Below are positions 1-16,414 of a stretch of 64,000 nt of DNA, in pieces. Each line of letters opens with the position of its first letter. Position 1 is the first letter of the stretch. The position numbers and the translations under genes are program-made. The DNA is from an uncultured beta proteobacterium. Its GTDB lineage: Bacteria; Pseudomonadota; Gammaproteobacteria; Burkholderiales; Burkholderiaceae_C. The notes under the pieces are model-generated. The model saw only the letters and a program-made list of their open reading frames with translations, was not told the DNA's origin and did no database searches. The stretch covers positions 2,715 to 66,714 of the forward strand of contig CAWAQL010000016.1 of NCBI GenBank assembly GCA_963784295.1, written 5' to 3'.

Positions 1-1492
1 GGCGAGTTATCTGGCACAGGACCGTGAGGATCCGTACGAAGCGGCGCTGCTGCACAGCGACGGCCACGAGGTGCCGGTCGAAGTGGTCGGCAAGACGATC
101 CGGGAAGGAACCGGGTCCATCCGTCTGGCCGTGGTGCGGGACTTGACCGCGCGCCGCGCGGCGCAACGCCAGATCGAATTCCTTGCACACCATGACGCGT
201 TGACGGAGCTGCCCAACCGCACCTTCATGCTGCAGCGGCTCGAGCAGCTGCTGGCATTGGCACGCCGACACGAAACGCGGGTGGCGGTGTTGTTTGTTGA
301 TCTGGACAAATTCAAATCGGTCAACGATCTGCATGGCCACCATGTGGGCGACCAGTTGCTGCGCACGATCGCTCAGCGCCTTCGCAGTGGAGTGCGCGAC
401 AGCGACGTGGTGTGCCGGCTCGGCGGGGACGAATTCGTCGTGGTGTTGTCCGAGCTGGGCGTGGAGCACGACGCGGCGTTGGTGGCGACCAAGCTGCTGA
501 CGGCGATTGCTGCGCCGAGTGAGATCGAGGGGCACACGCTGAGCATCTCGCCTTCGATCGGTATCGGCGTGTTTCCCGACGACGGGACGAATGCCGACGA
601 GTTGATCCGGCATGCCGACGCGGCGATGTACCACGCGAAGGCAAACGGGCGCAACAATTATCAGTTCTTCGAGTCCAGCATGCGCGAGCACGCGCTGGAC
701 TTGGTGGTGCGCGAGCGCCGGCTGCGCGATGCGCTGGCCAGTGGCGAATTCAGCGTGCACTATCAGCCGCAGTGGCGTGTGGCAGACGGCACCTTGGCCG
801 GCATCGATGCGGCGCTGCGCTGGCAGCACCCCGAGCATGGGCTGATCGCACCCGAGCAGTTCGCCGAATTTGCCGAAGCGCGCGGCTTGCTCGGCTCGAT
901 CGGCATCTGGATGCTGCGGCAGGCGTGCACGCAGCTCGCGACCTGGCAACGGGCGGGATTGGCGCAGGTGCCGCTGGCCGTCAATCTCTCGGCCGGCGAG
1001 CTCCGCCAGCCTGGGCTGGTGCAGACGGTGCAAGGCATCCTGACCGAGACCGGCCTGCCCGCGCATCGGCTTGAGCTGGGTTTGAGCGAGGCGACGCTGC
1101 TCACGATGAGTGACCGCATGACGAAGTCGCTGCTGGATCTCAAAGCGACTGGCGTCGCGCTGGTGCTGACCGACTTCGATGCGGGCTACTCGTTCATGCG
1201 CTTCGCGCGGCGCTGTCCGCTGGACAAGCTGCGCGTGGACCACCGACTGATCCAGGAGCTCGAAACCGAGCAGAACGATTTCGAACTCGCCGTGGCGGTG
1301 GTTCAGGTGGCGGCCAACATGCACATGCTGACGGTGGCCGAACAGGTTGACACACCAGAGCAACTCGCCTCGGTGCGTCGCATGGGCTGCGACTACTGGC
1401 AGGGTGCGTTGGGCGCCGCATCGGGCCCGGCCGCTCAGGCACAGCGCTGGCTGGAAGCGGGCCATGTGGCGTTCGGCGACGTCACCGGCTGA
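1..1492 (+). CDS. GGDEF/EAL-domain c-di-GMP signalling protein (5' end lies outside the window)
   Basis: The frame is open from base 2, with a PAS-like tail (EVPVEVVGKTIREGTGSIRLAVVRDLT). GGDEF region has HDALTELPNR and RLGGDEFVVVL. The EAL-type C-terminal half has YQPQWRVADG, LAVNLS and VAEQVDTPEQL. Confidence 0.85.
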   Translation, partial: ASYLAQDREDPYEAALLHSDGHEVPVEVVGKTIREGTGSIRLAVVRDLTARRAAQRQIEFLAHHDALTELPNRTFMLQRLEQLLALARRHETRVAVLFVDLDKFKSVNDLHGHHVGDQLLRTIAQRLRSGVRDSDVVCRLGGDEFVVVLSELGVEHDAALVATKLLTAIAAPSEIEGHTLSISPSIGIGVFPDDGTNADELIRHADAAMYHAKANGRNNYQFFESSMREHALDLVVRERRLRDALASGEFSVHYQPQWRVADGTLAGIDAALRWQHPEHGLIAPEQFAEFAEARGLLGSIGIWMLRQACTQLATWQRAGLAQVPLAVNLSAGELRQPGLVQTVQGILTETGLPAHRLELGLSEATLLTMSDRMTKSLLDLKATGVALVLTDFDAGYSFMRFARRCPLDKLRVDHRLIQELETEQNDFELAVAVVQVAANMHMLTVAEQVDTPEQLASVRRMGCDYWQGALGAASGPAAQAQRWLEAGHVAFGDVTG

Positions 1493-1526
1493 CGCGCCCG
1501 CCTCGCTTGCTGCACTTGCAGGGCGC

Positions 1527-3008
1527 TCAACCTCCGCTGATTGACATCCCACCTGAGGTGCGCAACGAAGGAAAGCTCGGGTGGTTGCTCTCGATCCAGC
1601 GCCGCACGCGCTCGGCGTCACCGATCCGGCTGAGCTTGCCGGTCGAATCCAGAAACACCATGATCAATTTGCGCCCAGCAATGCGCGCCTGCATCACGAG
1701 GCACTGGCCGGCTTCTGCGATGTAGCCGGTCTTCTGCAGCCCGATTTCCCATTCGGGGTTGTTCACGAGTCGGTTCGTGTTGTTGAACTGAAGCAGCCGG
1801 CTGCCCACTTCGAGTTCGTAGCTCGGCGAGGTGGACAGCTCGCGCACCAGTGCGTTCTTGTAGGCAGCACCAACCAGCGTGGCAAGATCGAGCGCGCTGG
1901 ACTGATTCGCGCTCGACAGGCCGGTCGGCTCCACATAGCGCGTGTCGTGCATGCCCAGCATCGCGGCACGTGCATTCATCTGCGCAACAAAACGCGAGAT
2001 GCCGCCCGGATAAGTGCGACCCAACGCATGCGCTGCGCGGTTTTCGCTCGACATCAGCGCCAAGTGCAGCAGCTCGCCGCGGCTGAGCGTGGTGCCAACG
2101 CGCAGACGGGAGCGGCTGTGCTTTTCGGTGTCGACGTCTTCCTGCTCGATTGTGAGCTGCTCGTCGAGCGGCAGCCGCGCCTCACTGATGATGAGCCCGG
2201 TCATCAGCTTGGTGAGCGAGGCGATCGGCAACACCGCCGAATCGTTTTTCCTGAGCAGCACCTGGTTCGTTTCCTGATCGACCACCAGCGCAACGCTCGA
2301 CTTCAGGTCGAGCGCATCGGGCGTGCTGCGCAGCCCGGCCAGTTCGCCGAACGACACGTGCGGCACCGGTGGCTCTTCGGACTCGACGCGCAATCTCGGA
2401 TACAGATTTTGTTGCGCCGCGAATCCGCGCATCGGCGATGGCTGGCGCAGTGCGTAAGACACCGAATGAGGCGCTTTGGCGTCCGCCTGAGCGGCGCGCT
2501 TTTCGTGGCTTTGCCTGGCAGCGTGTTTGGCGAGCTGCCGTGCCGACATGGCTCGCCCGGCCAAGCGCTCATTTTTCATCGCTTTCGAGTTGGCTGTAGC
2601 CGACTTCGTTGCGGACGGCTTCGACGCCACCGACTTTGCCGGCAGTCCTTTGGCTGCCACCGGCTGGGACTTGCCCGATTTGCTCAATGCCCGTGCCATT
2701 TCCTGCTTCGCAGGCGCCGATCGCTCGGCCTTGCCGTTGGCCGCGCTGCCGGCCGCTTTGCCCGCGGACTTGCCCGCAACCGGGCGGGCCGCTGTCGGCT
2801 TCGCCACTGCATGCGCGGCAGCGCTTTTGGCGTGCGCTCCCGACTTTTGCGGTGCTGCGCCCGCCGACGTCGAGCTCAGCAGGAATGCGCTGGCCACCGC
2901 CAGCGCGATCAGGCCTTGCGGTTGCACTCGTGCAGGCACACGAAATTTACAAATGGAGGGGGTCGGCGAAGCAGCGTGGAAAAACAACGGCATGAACGAC
3001 TTTCGCAA
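1527..3008 (-). CDS. D-alanyl-D-alanine carboxypeptidase/endopeptidase (PBP7/PbpG-like) with a long Ala/Lys/Ser-rich N-terminal extension
   Basis: All three serine-PBP motifs are present: SLTK (SxxK), SSEN (SxN) and KTGY (KTG). A signal-like segment (LIALAVASAFLLSSTSAGA) is followed by about 180 aa of low complexity. The start codon is uncertain. Confidence 0.8.
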   Translation of the reverse strand: MRKSFMPLFFHAASPTPSICKFRVPARVQPQGLIALAVASAFLLSSTSAGAAPQKSGAHAKSAAAHAVAKPTAARPVAGKSAGKAAGSAANGKAERSAPAKQEMARALSKSGKSQPVAAKGLPAKSVASKPSATKSATANSKAMKNERLAGRAMSARQLAKHAARQSHEKRAAQADAKAPHSVSYALRQPSPMRGFAAQQNLYPRLRVESEEPPVPHVSFGELAGLRSTPDALDLKSSVALVVDQETNQVLLRKNDSAVLPIASLTKLMTGLIISEARLPLDEQLTIEQEDVDTEKHSRSRLRVGTTLSRGELLHLALMSSENRAAHALGRTYPGGISRFVAQMNARAAMLGMHDTRYVEPTGLSSANQSSALDLATLVGAAYKNALVRELSTSPSYELEVGSRLLQFNNTNRLVNNPEWEIGLQKTGYIAEAGQCLVMQARIAGRKLIMVFLDSTGKLSRIGDAERVRRWIESNHPSFPSLRTSGGMSISGG

Positions 3009-3307
3009 GGACCGGCGTGACGAGTTGCTGCCGAGTGTAGCGGCAGGAAAAAGTCGCGCAAGATCAGTCGCTTGCGAAAGAGTCTTGATAAACGAACTGA
3101 GCTTCCGCCAATTCTTGGGCCGGTCCGCGGATTTGTCGAGAACGGTTGCTGTGCGCGCCAGCTGGTGACGCCCGATCGATTGGTCTTGTCACGCTGCTCG
3201 GCGCGAGGCTTTCAGCCCTTCAGCCTTTTTTGATCGTTGGACAAACGATCCAGGGGCAGAACACCGACTGCTCGCCTGCAGCAGTCGCACGTCATGCCCG
3301 AGCGGCC

Positions 3308-6617
<3,310 letters not shown>

Positions 6618-6819
6618 GATGGCTGCTCTCGAATGGAAAACGCGCTGCCAGCAACCCAAAACAAAACGGCCCGTTGCTGGTGCAAACGGGCCGTGAGGAA
6701 CGATGAAACGCTGCGCGCGCTAATCCCCTAGCCCGTGGCAAGCCAGTAGTAGCGAGGAGATGGGCACAGCGAACATGTTTTTTCAGTTGGATGAGACGTG
6801 ACGATAGCACGACTCTCGA

Positions 6820-7635
6820 TCAGCGGTGCAAGCCTTCTTCGTCCGGCTCGTCGGTCGATGTGCTGATCACGCTGGTCGGGATGCCTTTGGTTTTGCGCCA
6901 GCCGTAGACGACGTAGCCGCTGATCGCGTAGCCGACGAACAGTGCGAACAGCACGGTCGGCGGGTGGATATTGATCACGGCAATGGCCAATGCAATCAGC
7001 ACGATCACCGCAAACGGCACGCTCTTTTTGAGCTTCACGTCCTTGAAACTGTAGTACGGCACGTTCGTCACCATTGTGAGTCCGGCGAACAGACACAGCG
7101 CGAACGTCGACCATGCAACCGTGCGCGACATTACTTCCGCGTCCGTCATCAGCCAGATGAAACCCGCCACCAGCGCGGCCGCGGCGGGCGAAGGCAGACC
7201 CTGAAAGTAACGCTTGTCGACCACACCGGTGTTCACGTTGAAACGCGCGAGCCGCAGCGCAGCGCACGCACAATAGACGAACGCCGCGATCCAGCCCCAC
7301 CGGCCCAGTGGCCGCAGCGCCCACTCGTACGCGATCAGACCCGGTGCCGCGCCGAACGAGACCATGTCGGACAGCGAATCCATCTGTTCGCCAAACGCGC
7401 TTTGCGTGTTGGTCAGGCGCGCGACCCGCCCGTCGAGGCTGTCAAGCACCATCGCGGCGAAGATGCCCGACGCAGCCAGGTCGAAGCGGCCGTTCATCGC
7501 CATCACGATCGCATAGAAGCCACCGAACAACGCTGCCACCGTGAACAGGTTCGGCAGGATATAGATGCCCTTGCGGCGGCGGCGGCCCGCCACCGCGCCG
7601 TCGGGGCGATCGGCTATTTCCGTGTCGTCATGCAT
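6820..7635 (-). CDS. pssA: CDP-diacylglycerol--serine O-phosphatidyltransferase
   Basis: CDP-alcohol phosphatidyltransferase motif DSLDGRVARLTNTQSAFGEQMDSLSD. The protein is multi-span hydrophobic and sits next to ilvC. Confidence 0.85.
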   Translation of the reverse strand: MHDDTEIADRPDGAVAGRRRRKGIYILPNLFTVAALFGGFYAIVMAMNGRFDLAASGIFAAMVLDSLDGRVARLTNTQSAFGEQMDSLSDMVSFGAAPGLIAYEWALRPLGRWGWIAAFVYCACAALRLARFNVNTGVVDKRYFQGLPSPAAAALVAGFIWLMTDAEVMSRTVAWSTFALCLFAGLTMVTNVPYYSFKDVKLKKSVPFAVIVLIALAIAVINIHPPTVLFALFVGYAISGYVVYGWRKTKGIPTSVISTSTDEPDEEGLHR

Positions 7636-7695
7636 GCGTTGCGGGCATTGGCAGTGATCGGCCAGCGCATTGCGAGAGCCGACGCCGCACGATGC

Positions 7696-8757
<1,062 letters not shown>

Positions 8758-9249
8758 TCAGACCCGCAGCACGCGTTCGCCGCGGCCAATGCCGCTGGCG
8801 CCGGTGCGCACGGTCTCCAGGATCGCTGCGCGGTCGATCGCGACCAGGAACGCATCGTTTTTGGATTTGTCGCCGGTAAGCTCTACCGTATAGCTCTTCT
8901 CAGTCACGTCGATGATGCGGCCGCGAAAGATTTCGGCCATGCGCTTCATCTCTTCGCGTTCCTTGCCCACCGCACGCACCTTGACCATCATGAGCTCGCG
9001 CTCGATGTAGGCGCCCTCGGTCAGGTCGACCACTTTGACGACTTCGATCAATCGGTTCAGGTGCTTGGTAATCTGCTCGATGACCTCGTCCGAGCCACTG
9101 GTCTCGATCGTCATGCGCGACAGGCTCGGGTCTTCGGTGGGCGCAACCGCCAGCGATTCGATGTTGTAGCCACGGGCCGAGAACAGCCCAACCACGCGCG
9201 ACAGGGCGCCTGGCTCGTTTTCGAGCAGCACCGCAATGATGTGTTTCAT
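8758..9249 (-). CDS. ilvH: acetolactate synthase small (regulatory) subunit
   Basis: MKHIIAVLLENEPGALSRVVGLFSARGYNIESL (ACT domain). 163 aa, located between ilvI and ilvC. Confidence 0.95.
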   Translation of the reverse strand: MKHIIAVLLENEPGALSRVVGLFSARGYNIESLAVAPTEDPSLSRMTIETSGSDEVIEQITKHLNRLIEVVKVVDLTEGAYIERELMMVKVRAVGKEREEMKRMAEIFRGRIIDVTEKSYTVELTGDKSKNDAFLVAIDRAAILETVRTGASGIGRGERVLRV

Positions 9250-9392
9250 GAAATACCCAACACAAGCCGCCGAACTTTTCGCTGCCCTCCCCGATGCGCA
9301 CGGTAGCGCACTGGCTCGGCAGGCAATGGAACGGGCGACTGGAAAAAGAAGCGGTTCTGAGGCCTGGGCGTCTGCTCGGGCCAATGACTGGT

Positions 9393-11174
9393 TCAGAGGT
9401 CTTCCGAGCCCAGAAGCATCTCGGTGATGCCTTTGCCGGCCTGCACCATCGGAAACACGTTTTCGGTCGGATCGGTGCGGAAGTCGAGGAACACCGTGCG
9501 GTCTTTCAGGCGGCGTGCTTCACGCAGCGCTGGCTCCACATCTTCCGGCCGCTCGATCAGGATGCCGACGTGGCCGTAGGCTTCGGCAAGCTTCACGAAG
9601 TTCGGCAGCGCATCCATGTAGCTCTGGCTGTAACGCCCTTCGTAGTCGAACTCCTGCCACTGACGCACCATACCGAGATAACGGTTGTTGAGCGAAACGA
9701 TCTTGATCGGCGTGTTGTATTGCAGGCAGGTGGAGAGCTCCTGGATGCACATTTGCACCGACCCTTCGCCGGTGATGCAGAACACTTCGCTGTCCGGCCG
9801 CGCCATCTTGATGCCCATCGCGTACGGGATGCCCACGCCCATGGTGCCGAGCCCACCGGAATTGATCCAGCGGCGCGGCTCGTCGAAGCGGTAGTACTGC
9901 GCCGCCCACATCTGATGCTGGCCCACGTCTGAAGTGATGTAGGTGTCGGCGTCGCGCGTCATGTTCCACAACGTCTCCACCACGTACTGCGGCTTGATGA
10001 CGGTGCCGTCGCCATGGTCGTACTTCATGCAGTCGCGTTTGCGCCAGCCGTCGACCGCTTCCCACCAACCGGCCAGTGCGCCTGCATCCTGCCGGTGTTC
10101 GGACTCGCGCACCATCGCGATCAGCTCGCTCAGCACGTCCTTCACGTCGCCGACGATCGGGATGTCGACCTTTACCCGCTTGGAGATGCTCGACGGATCA
10201 ATGTCGATGTGAATGATCTTGCGTTCGTTCTGCGCGAAGTGCTTCGGGTTGCCGATCACGCGGTCGTCGAAGCGCGCGCCGACGGCCAGCAGCACGTCGC
10301 AGTTTTGCATCGCGTTGTTGGCTTCCAGCGTGCCGTGCATGCCGAGCATGCCGAGGAACTTCGGATCGCTGGCCGGGTAAGCGCCCAGCCCCATCAGCGT
10401 GTTGGTGCACGGGCAACCGAGCATGTCGACCAGGGTGCGCAACTCGGCCGATGCGCTGGCGAGCAGCACACCACCGCCCGCATACACGTACGGGCGCTTG
10501 GCCGCAAGCAGCAGCTGCAGCGCTTTGCGGATCTGTCCGCCGTGGCCCTTGCGCACCGGGTTGTATGAGCGCATCGTCACCGTTTCCGGGTAGCCGAGAT
10601 ACGTCGTTTTATTGAACGACACGTCCTTCGGGATGTCCACCACCACCGGGCCCGGCCGGCCGCTGCGCGCGATATGAAACGCACGTTTCATCACGTCGGC
10701 CAGCTGGCGCACGTCCTTCACCAGAAAGTTGTGCTTCACGATGGGTCGCGTGATGCCGACGGTGTCGCACTCCTGGAACGCGTCGAGCCCGATGGCCGGC
10801 GTGGGCACCTGACCGGTCACGATGACCATCGGGATGCTGTCCATGTAGGCGGTTGCGATGCCTGTGATCGCATTCGTCACGCCAGGGCCGGACGTGACCA
10901 GCGCCACGCCGACTTCACCGGTTGCGCGGGCGTAACCGTCGGCCGCATGCACGGCTGCCTGCTCGTGGCGAACCAGCACGTGCTTGATCGTGTCCTGTTT
11001 GTAGAACGCGTCGTAGATGTGCAGGACGGCGCCGCCCGGGTATCCCCAGACGAACCGCACGTTTTCCGCCTGCAGCGTTTTGATCAGAATTTCGGCGCCG
11101 CGCAATTCCTGCGTGGGCGCGTGACCCGCTTCAGCCGCTGCGGCCGACGAGATTTCCGCTTGATTGATTTCCAT
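9393..11174 (-). CDS. ilvI: acetolactate synthase large (catalytic) subunit
   Basis: Intact 593-aa ThDP enzyme with GYPGGAVLHIYDA, GPGVTNAITGIATAYMDSIP and the ThDP motif GGLGTMGVGIPYAMG...NNRYLGMV. Confidence 0.95.
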   Translation of the reverse strand: MEINQAEISSAAAAEAGHAPTQELRGAEILIKTLQAENVRFVWGYPGGAVLHIYDAFYKQDTIKHVLVRHEQAAVHAADGYARATGEVGVALVTSGPGVTNAITGIATAYMDSIPMVIVTGQVPTPAIGLDAFQECDTVGITRPIVKHNFLVKDVRQLADVMKRAFHIARSGRPGPVVVDIPKDVSFNKTTYLGYPETVTMRSYNPVRKGHGGQIRKALQLLLAAKRPYVYAGGGVLLASASAELRTLVDMLGCPCTNTLMGLGAYPASDPKFLGMLGMHGTLEANNAMQNCDVLLAVGARFDDRVIGNPKHFAQNERKIIHIDIDPSSISKRVKVDIPIVGDVKDVLSELIAMVRESEHRQDAGALAGWWEAVDGWRKRDCMKYDHGDGTVIKPQYVVETLWNMTRDADTYITSDVGQHQMWAAQYYRFDEPRRWINSGGLGTMGVGIPYAMGIKMARPDSEVFCITGEGSVQMCIQELSTCLQYNTPIKIVSLNNRYLGMVRQWQEFDYEGRYSQSYMDALPNFVKLAEAYGHVGILIERPEDVEPALREARRLKDRTVFLDFRTDPTENVFPMVQAGKGITEMLLGSEDL

Positions 11175-11552
11175 GATGGCGCTTGAACCTTTGTGAATTT
11201 CTCTGACGAAATGACTTTGGTGCTTCTATGCCGGCCCTTGTGAGGCGGTATCGAAACTTGAGGCCTGCGGCCATGAGCGCTTGAGCGATGAAGCGACGCC
11301 GGACCAAGACCCGTTTGATATGCTTGAATTGCAGTGCGGATTATCGCATTGCGTCACACCCGGGCGACCTGCAACGTTTCAACGCGGCCTGCGGTCTGTG
11401 GACACCGATGCCATAATTCCGCGGACCAAAAAAATGAAATCGAGTGGCCTGCCATGCGATTCGGGCCCGGGTTTGTGGGTTTTTGAATTACAGGGCCATC
11501 TGGCGAGACAACTCCGACCTGCGCGCAGTCCAACCGACTTGCGACCCTTGAA

Positions 11553-12119
11553 TTGGCGACCGACCACGAACTGTCCGATTTCCTGAAGAGCGTGGAAAAG
11601 CGTGCGTTCAAGCGTTCGCTCTATCACGTGCGCAACGAGGAATCGGCGCTCGACATCGTGCAGGACAGCATGATGAAGCTGGCCGAGCACTACGGCGACA
11701 AGCCCGCCAACGAGTTGCCGATGCTGTTCCAGCGCATTTTGTCGAATTGCACGCTGGACTGGTTTCGCCGTCAGAAATCGCGCAATGCGCTGTTTTCCAA
11801 CATGAGCGATTTCGAGTCCGACGGGGGCGACGGCGACTTCGATCTGCTCGAGACCCTGGCGGCTCACGGCACGTCCGAATTGACCAGCAGCGCACAGTCG
11901 GTGACTGAGAAGACGCAGATATTCCACCAAATCGAGCTTGAAATCCAGCGGCTGCCCCTGCGTCAACGCGAAGCCTTCCTGCTGCGTTATTGGGAGGAAC
12001 TGGACGTCGCCGAGACGGCTGCGGCCATGGGTTGCACGGAAGGCAGCGTGAAGACGCATTGCTCGCGAGCTGTCCATGCATTGGCCAAGGCGCTGACCGC
12101 CAAGGGATTGACACTATGA
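11553..12119 (+). CDS. ECF-type RNA polymerase sigma-70 family factor (TTG start)
   Basis: Region 2-like ALDIVQDSMMKL...DWFRRQ and region 4 LPLRQREAFLLRYWEELDVAETAAAMGCTEGSVKTHCSRA. Its stop overlaps the next start as ATGA. Confidence 0.85.
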   Translation: MATDHELSDFLKSVEKRAFKRSLYHVRNEESALDIVQDSMMKLAEHYGDKPANELPMLFQRILSNCTLDWFRRQKSRNALFSNMSDFESDGGDGDFDLLETLAAHGTSELTSSAQSVTEKTQIFHQIELEIQRLPLRQREAFLLRYWEELDVAETAAAMGCTEGSVKTHCSRAVHALAKALTAKGLTL

Positions 12120-12574
12120 AACAGACACGGATGTCTGATGCCCGCCGTGTAGAGGCGCTCACCAACCGCTTCGGTCGCACGATGGCCGCGCATTTGTCGC
12201 AGGGGCTTGCAGACACTTCGCACGAAGTCGAAGAACGGCTGCGCGTGGCGCGTCTGCAAGCGGTCGAGCGCCGTCGCATTGCGCAGCGCGCCAGGGTGTC
12301 GCGACGCGTGGCCTCGGTGGTACGGGCCAATGGCGTGGCCACTCTGGGCGGCGATGAGGACGGCGGCTGGCGGATTCGTTGGGTGGCCGCGTTGCCGATT
12401 CTCGTGGTGGCCGCTGGGCTGTTGCTGATCAACGGCGTGCAAAGCGACAGCCGCGATGCCGAACTCGCCGAAGTGGACACCGCGCTGCTAACCGATGATC
12501 TGCCGCCGGCTGCCTATGCCGATCCGGGCTTCATGCAGTACCTGAAGTTGGCGCGAGATGGAACAGGCCACTGA
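12116..12574 (+). CDS. DUF3619-like membrane protein (possible anti-sigma partner)
   Basis: ATGA coupling to the sigma gene. It has a single TM segment (WVAALPILVVAAGLLLI). Its position matches the sigma/DUF3619/DUF3106/RDD order recalled for Burkholderiales. Confidence 0.6.
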   Translation: MKQTRMSDARRVEALTNRFGRTMAAHLSQGLADTSHEVEERLRVARLQAVERRRIAQRARVSRRVASVVRANGVATLGGDEDGGWRIRWVAALPILVVAAGLLLINGVQSDSRDAELAEVDTALLTDDLPPAAYADPGFMQYLKLARDGTGH

Positions 12575-13330
12575 TTCTGAGCGGATGGTGCCTGCGCAAT
12601 CCGGCGCTGCCAATATGAGGAAGCCCCGCTTTCGCCGACCCACCTTGCCATCGGCCGGAAGTTGCGTGTTTGCCGTGCTGTTGATCGGCGCGATGATGCT
12701 GTCTCCTGCTCGCACGCAGGCGCAACCGGCGGTCGCTGGTGCTGCTGCGTCTGCAGCGGCCCCAAGTCGCACGGTGGGCGGCAGCAAAGCTGCGGACGTC
12801 CAACGGCAATCATTCAGCATGGCGAAGCCACTCTGGAACCAGCTCTCGGATGCGCAGCGCGAAGCGCTCGCGCCGCTTTCCACGCATTGGGACGGGCTGA
12901 GCGTTTCGCAAAAGCGCAAATGGATTGCACTTTCCAAAAATCATGCCGAACTGAGCGTGCCGGAGCAGGCGTTGCTGCACGCCCGCATGGACGACTGGGT
13001 CAAGCTGAGCCCGCAGCAGCGCCGCACTGCGCGGCTCAACTTCGCGGAGACCAAGCGACTGAGCGCGGACGAGAAGCACCAGAGGTGGGAGGCGTACCAG
13101 GCGTTGTCACCCGATGCGCGACACAAGCTCAACGAGAGCGCGCCTGCAGTCCCGTCCGGCGCCGCGATGGCGGTGCGCCCAGTGCCGGCCCAGAAACTCG
13201 CCAATGTGCCGACCGCTGCGTCAAAACGGCAACGCGGCCCAGGCTGGCCGCACCCGACCAGATCAATCCCCACACCCTGCTGCCGCAGCACACACAAGGG
13301 ATGCGCGCTGGCGCAGCAGCCAAACCCTAG
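12558..13330 (+). pseudogene. DUF3106-like secreted protein, frame change near 13220
   Basis: The N-terminal signal and repeated W-x-L-S-PxQR helices (WNQLSDAQREAL, WIALSKN, WVKLSPQQRR, WEAYQALSPDARHKL) are in frame 0. The conserved-looking tail TATRPRLAAPDQINPHTLLPQ and a stop at 13328-13330 are in frame 2. Without the shift, the ORF runs on into the RDD gene. Confidence 0.5.
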
Positions 13331-13403
13331 TTGGCCGAGCGCCACTTGGCCAACTGCCCTTGCTCCAGCCGTGGCATCGGGCGTCGCATACGATGGCGGA
13401 TCG

Positions 13404-13943
13404 ATGCCGCCGACCACCCCCCCTCCACGTGCTCCACAGACCGCCAACCCGCCGGTTTATTTCACCCCAAGTCTTTTGCGCCGCATGGCCTGCTGGGTAT
13501 ATGAAGGTCTGCTGCTGTTCGGTGTGGTGTTCATTGCGGGCTATCTGTTCGGCACGCTGAGTCAGACGCGCAACGCGCTGGACAATCGGCATCTGTTGCA
13601 GCTTTTCCTGTTTCTTATTTTCGGCATCTATTTCGTCTGGTTCTGGAGTAAGGGACAAACGCTGGCGATGAAAACCTGGCGGATTCGCGTGGTCGATGGA
13701 GCTGGCAAGCCGCCTTCGCAGCCGCGTGCGATGTGGCGCTATGTCTGCAGCTGGCTCTGGGTGGTGCCGCCGTTTCTCGTCACGGCGCCGCTTGGGCTGC
13801 CTGCTGCCGAGCAAGCTGTTCTGTGGCTTGGCTGGGTAGGCGTATGGGCGCTGTTGAGCCGATTTCACCCGCATCGCCAGTTCTGGCACGACGCACTGGC
13901 CGGCACCTATCTGATCGGCACCGACCCGGATGCCAAACGATAG
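13404..13943 (+). CDS. RDD family membrane protein
   Basis: RRMACWVYEGLLLFGVVFIAGYLF, QTLAMKTWRIRVVD and three or more hydrophobic spans. The start is chosen as the first ATG after the inferred DUF3106 stop. Confidence 0.65.
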   Translation: MPPTTPPPRAPQTANPPVYFTPSLLRRMACWVYEGLLLFGVVFIAGYLFGTLSQTRNALDNRHLLQLFLFLIFGIYFVWFWSKGQTLAMKTWRIRVVDGAGKPPSQPRAMWRYVCSWLWVVPPFLVTAPLGLPAAEQAVLWLGWVGVWALLSRFHPHRQFWHDALAGTYLIGTDPDAKR

Positions 13944-14529
13944 CCCACGACCCTGGCTCAAAGCGACGCCTGCATTTTCGCTATGCGTGTACTGCGGGTC
14001 GCGACCGGGCGATTCACCCTCGTTTGCCGAACAGGCCCGTGCGGTGGGCCGATGGATCGGCACACACGGCGGGCAATTGGTCTACGGCGGCAGCCACAGC
14101 GGTTCGATGGGCATGTTGGCCGATGCGACGCTGGCCGCTGGCGGGCGAGTGGTCGGGGTGATTCCAGAAGCGTTGGTGGCGCTCGAGCATGCGCACCGCG
14201 GGCTGCATGAGCTGCAGGTGGTCGACACGATGCACGACCGCAAGCGGATCATGGCCGAGCGAAGCGACGCGTTTCTGGCGCTTCCCGGGGGCATCGGCAC
14301 GCTGGAGGAATTTTTCGAAGTCTGGACGTGGCGTCAGCTCAAATACCATGACAAGCCGATCGGCTTGCTGAATCATGCGGGCTACTATGATGCGTTGCTG
14401 GCTTTTCTGCGCAACGGCGTGGCCAGCGGATTCTTGCAGCCGTGGCAACTCAATTTGATTGACGTGGATGTGTTGGTGGTGCCGCTGCTGGCGCGACTCA
14501 CAGGTCTTCAGGTCCCGAACGGCGCTTGA
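13930..14529 (+). CDS. LOG family protein (cytokinin riboside 5'-monophosphate phosphoribohydrolase / TIGR00730-type)
   Basis: VYCGSRPG, LVYGGSHSGSMGMLAD and the hallmark PGGIGTLEEFFE motif. Confidence 0.85.
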   Translation: MPNDSPRPWLKATPAFSLCVYCGSRPGDSPSFAEQARAVGRWIGTHGGQLVYGGSHSGSMGMLADATLAAGGRVVGVIPEALVALEHAHRGLHELQVVDTMHDRKRIMAERSDAFLALPGGIGTLEEFFEVWTWRQLKYHDKPIGLLNHAGYYDALLAFLRNGVASGFLQPWQLNLIDVDVLVVPLLARLTGLQVPNGA

Positions 14530-14577
14530 GCAACGGCGGCAGGAAACACCGCTGCGGCACCAATGCGCACGGCCTTT

Positions 14578-16385
<1,808 letters not shown>

Positions 16386-16414
16386 CCGCTTTTTTCTGAA
16401 GAAGGAGCACACCG

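Noticed and set aside
1581-3020. A long (479 aa) plus-strand ORF opposite the PBP gene. Similar antisense giants occur at 6826..8733, 17563..19053, 28331..29860, 38523..39473, 56689..58005 and 60742..62136.
   Set aside because: These are Arg/Ala/Gly/His-rich translations with no recognisable motifs. They lie exactly opposite well-supported genes, which is the usual stop-codon-poor antisense artefact of 65% GC DNA.
11175-11552. Leader-peptide attenuator upstream of ilvI.
   Set aside because: No short ORF enriched in Val/Leu/Ile with an RBS was found on the minus strand, and there are no alternative hairpins followed by a U-run.
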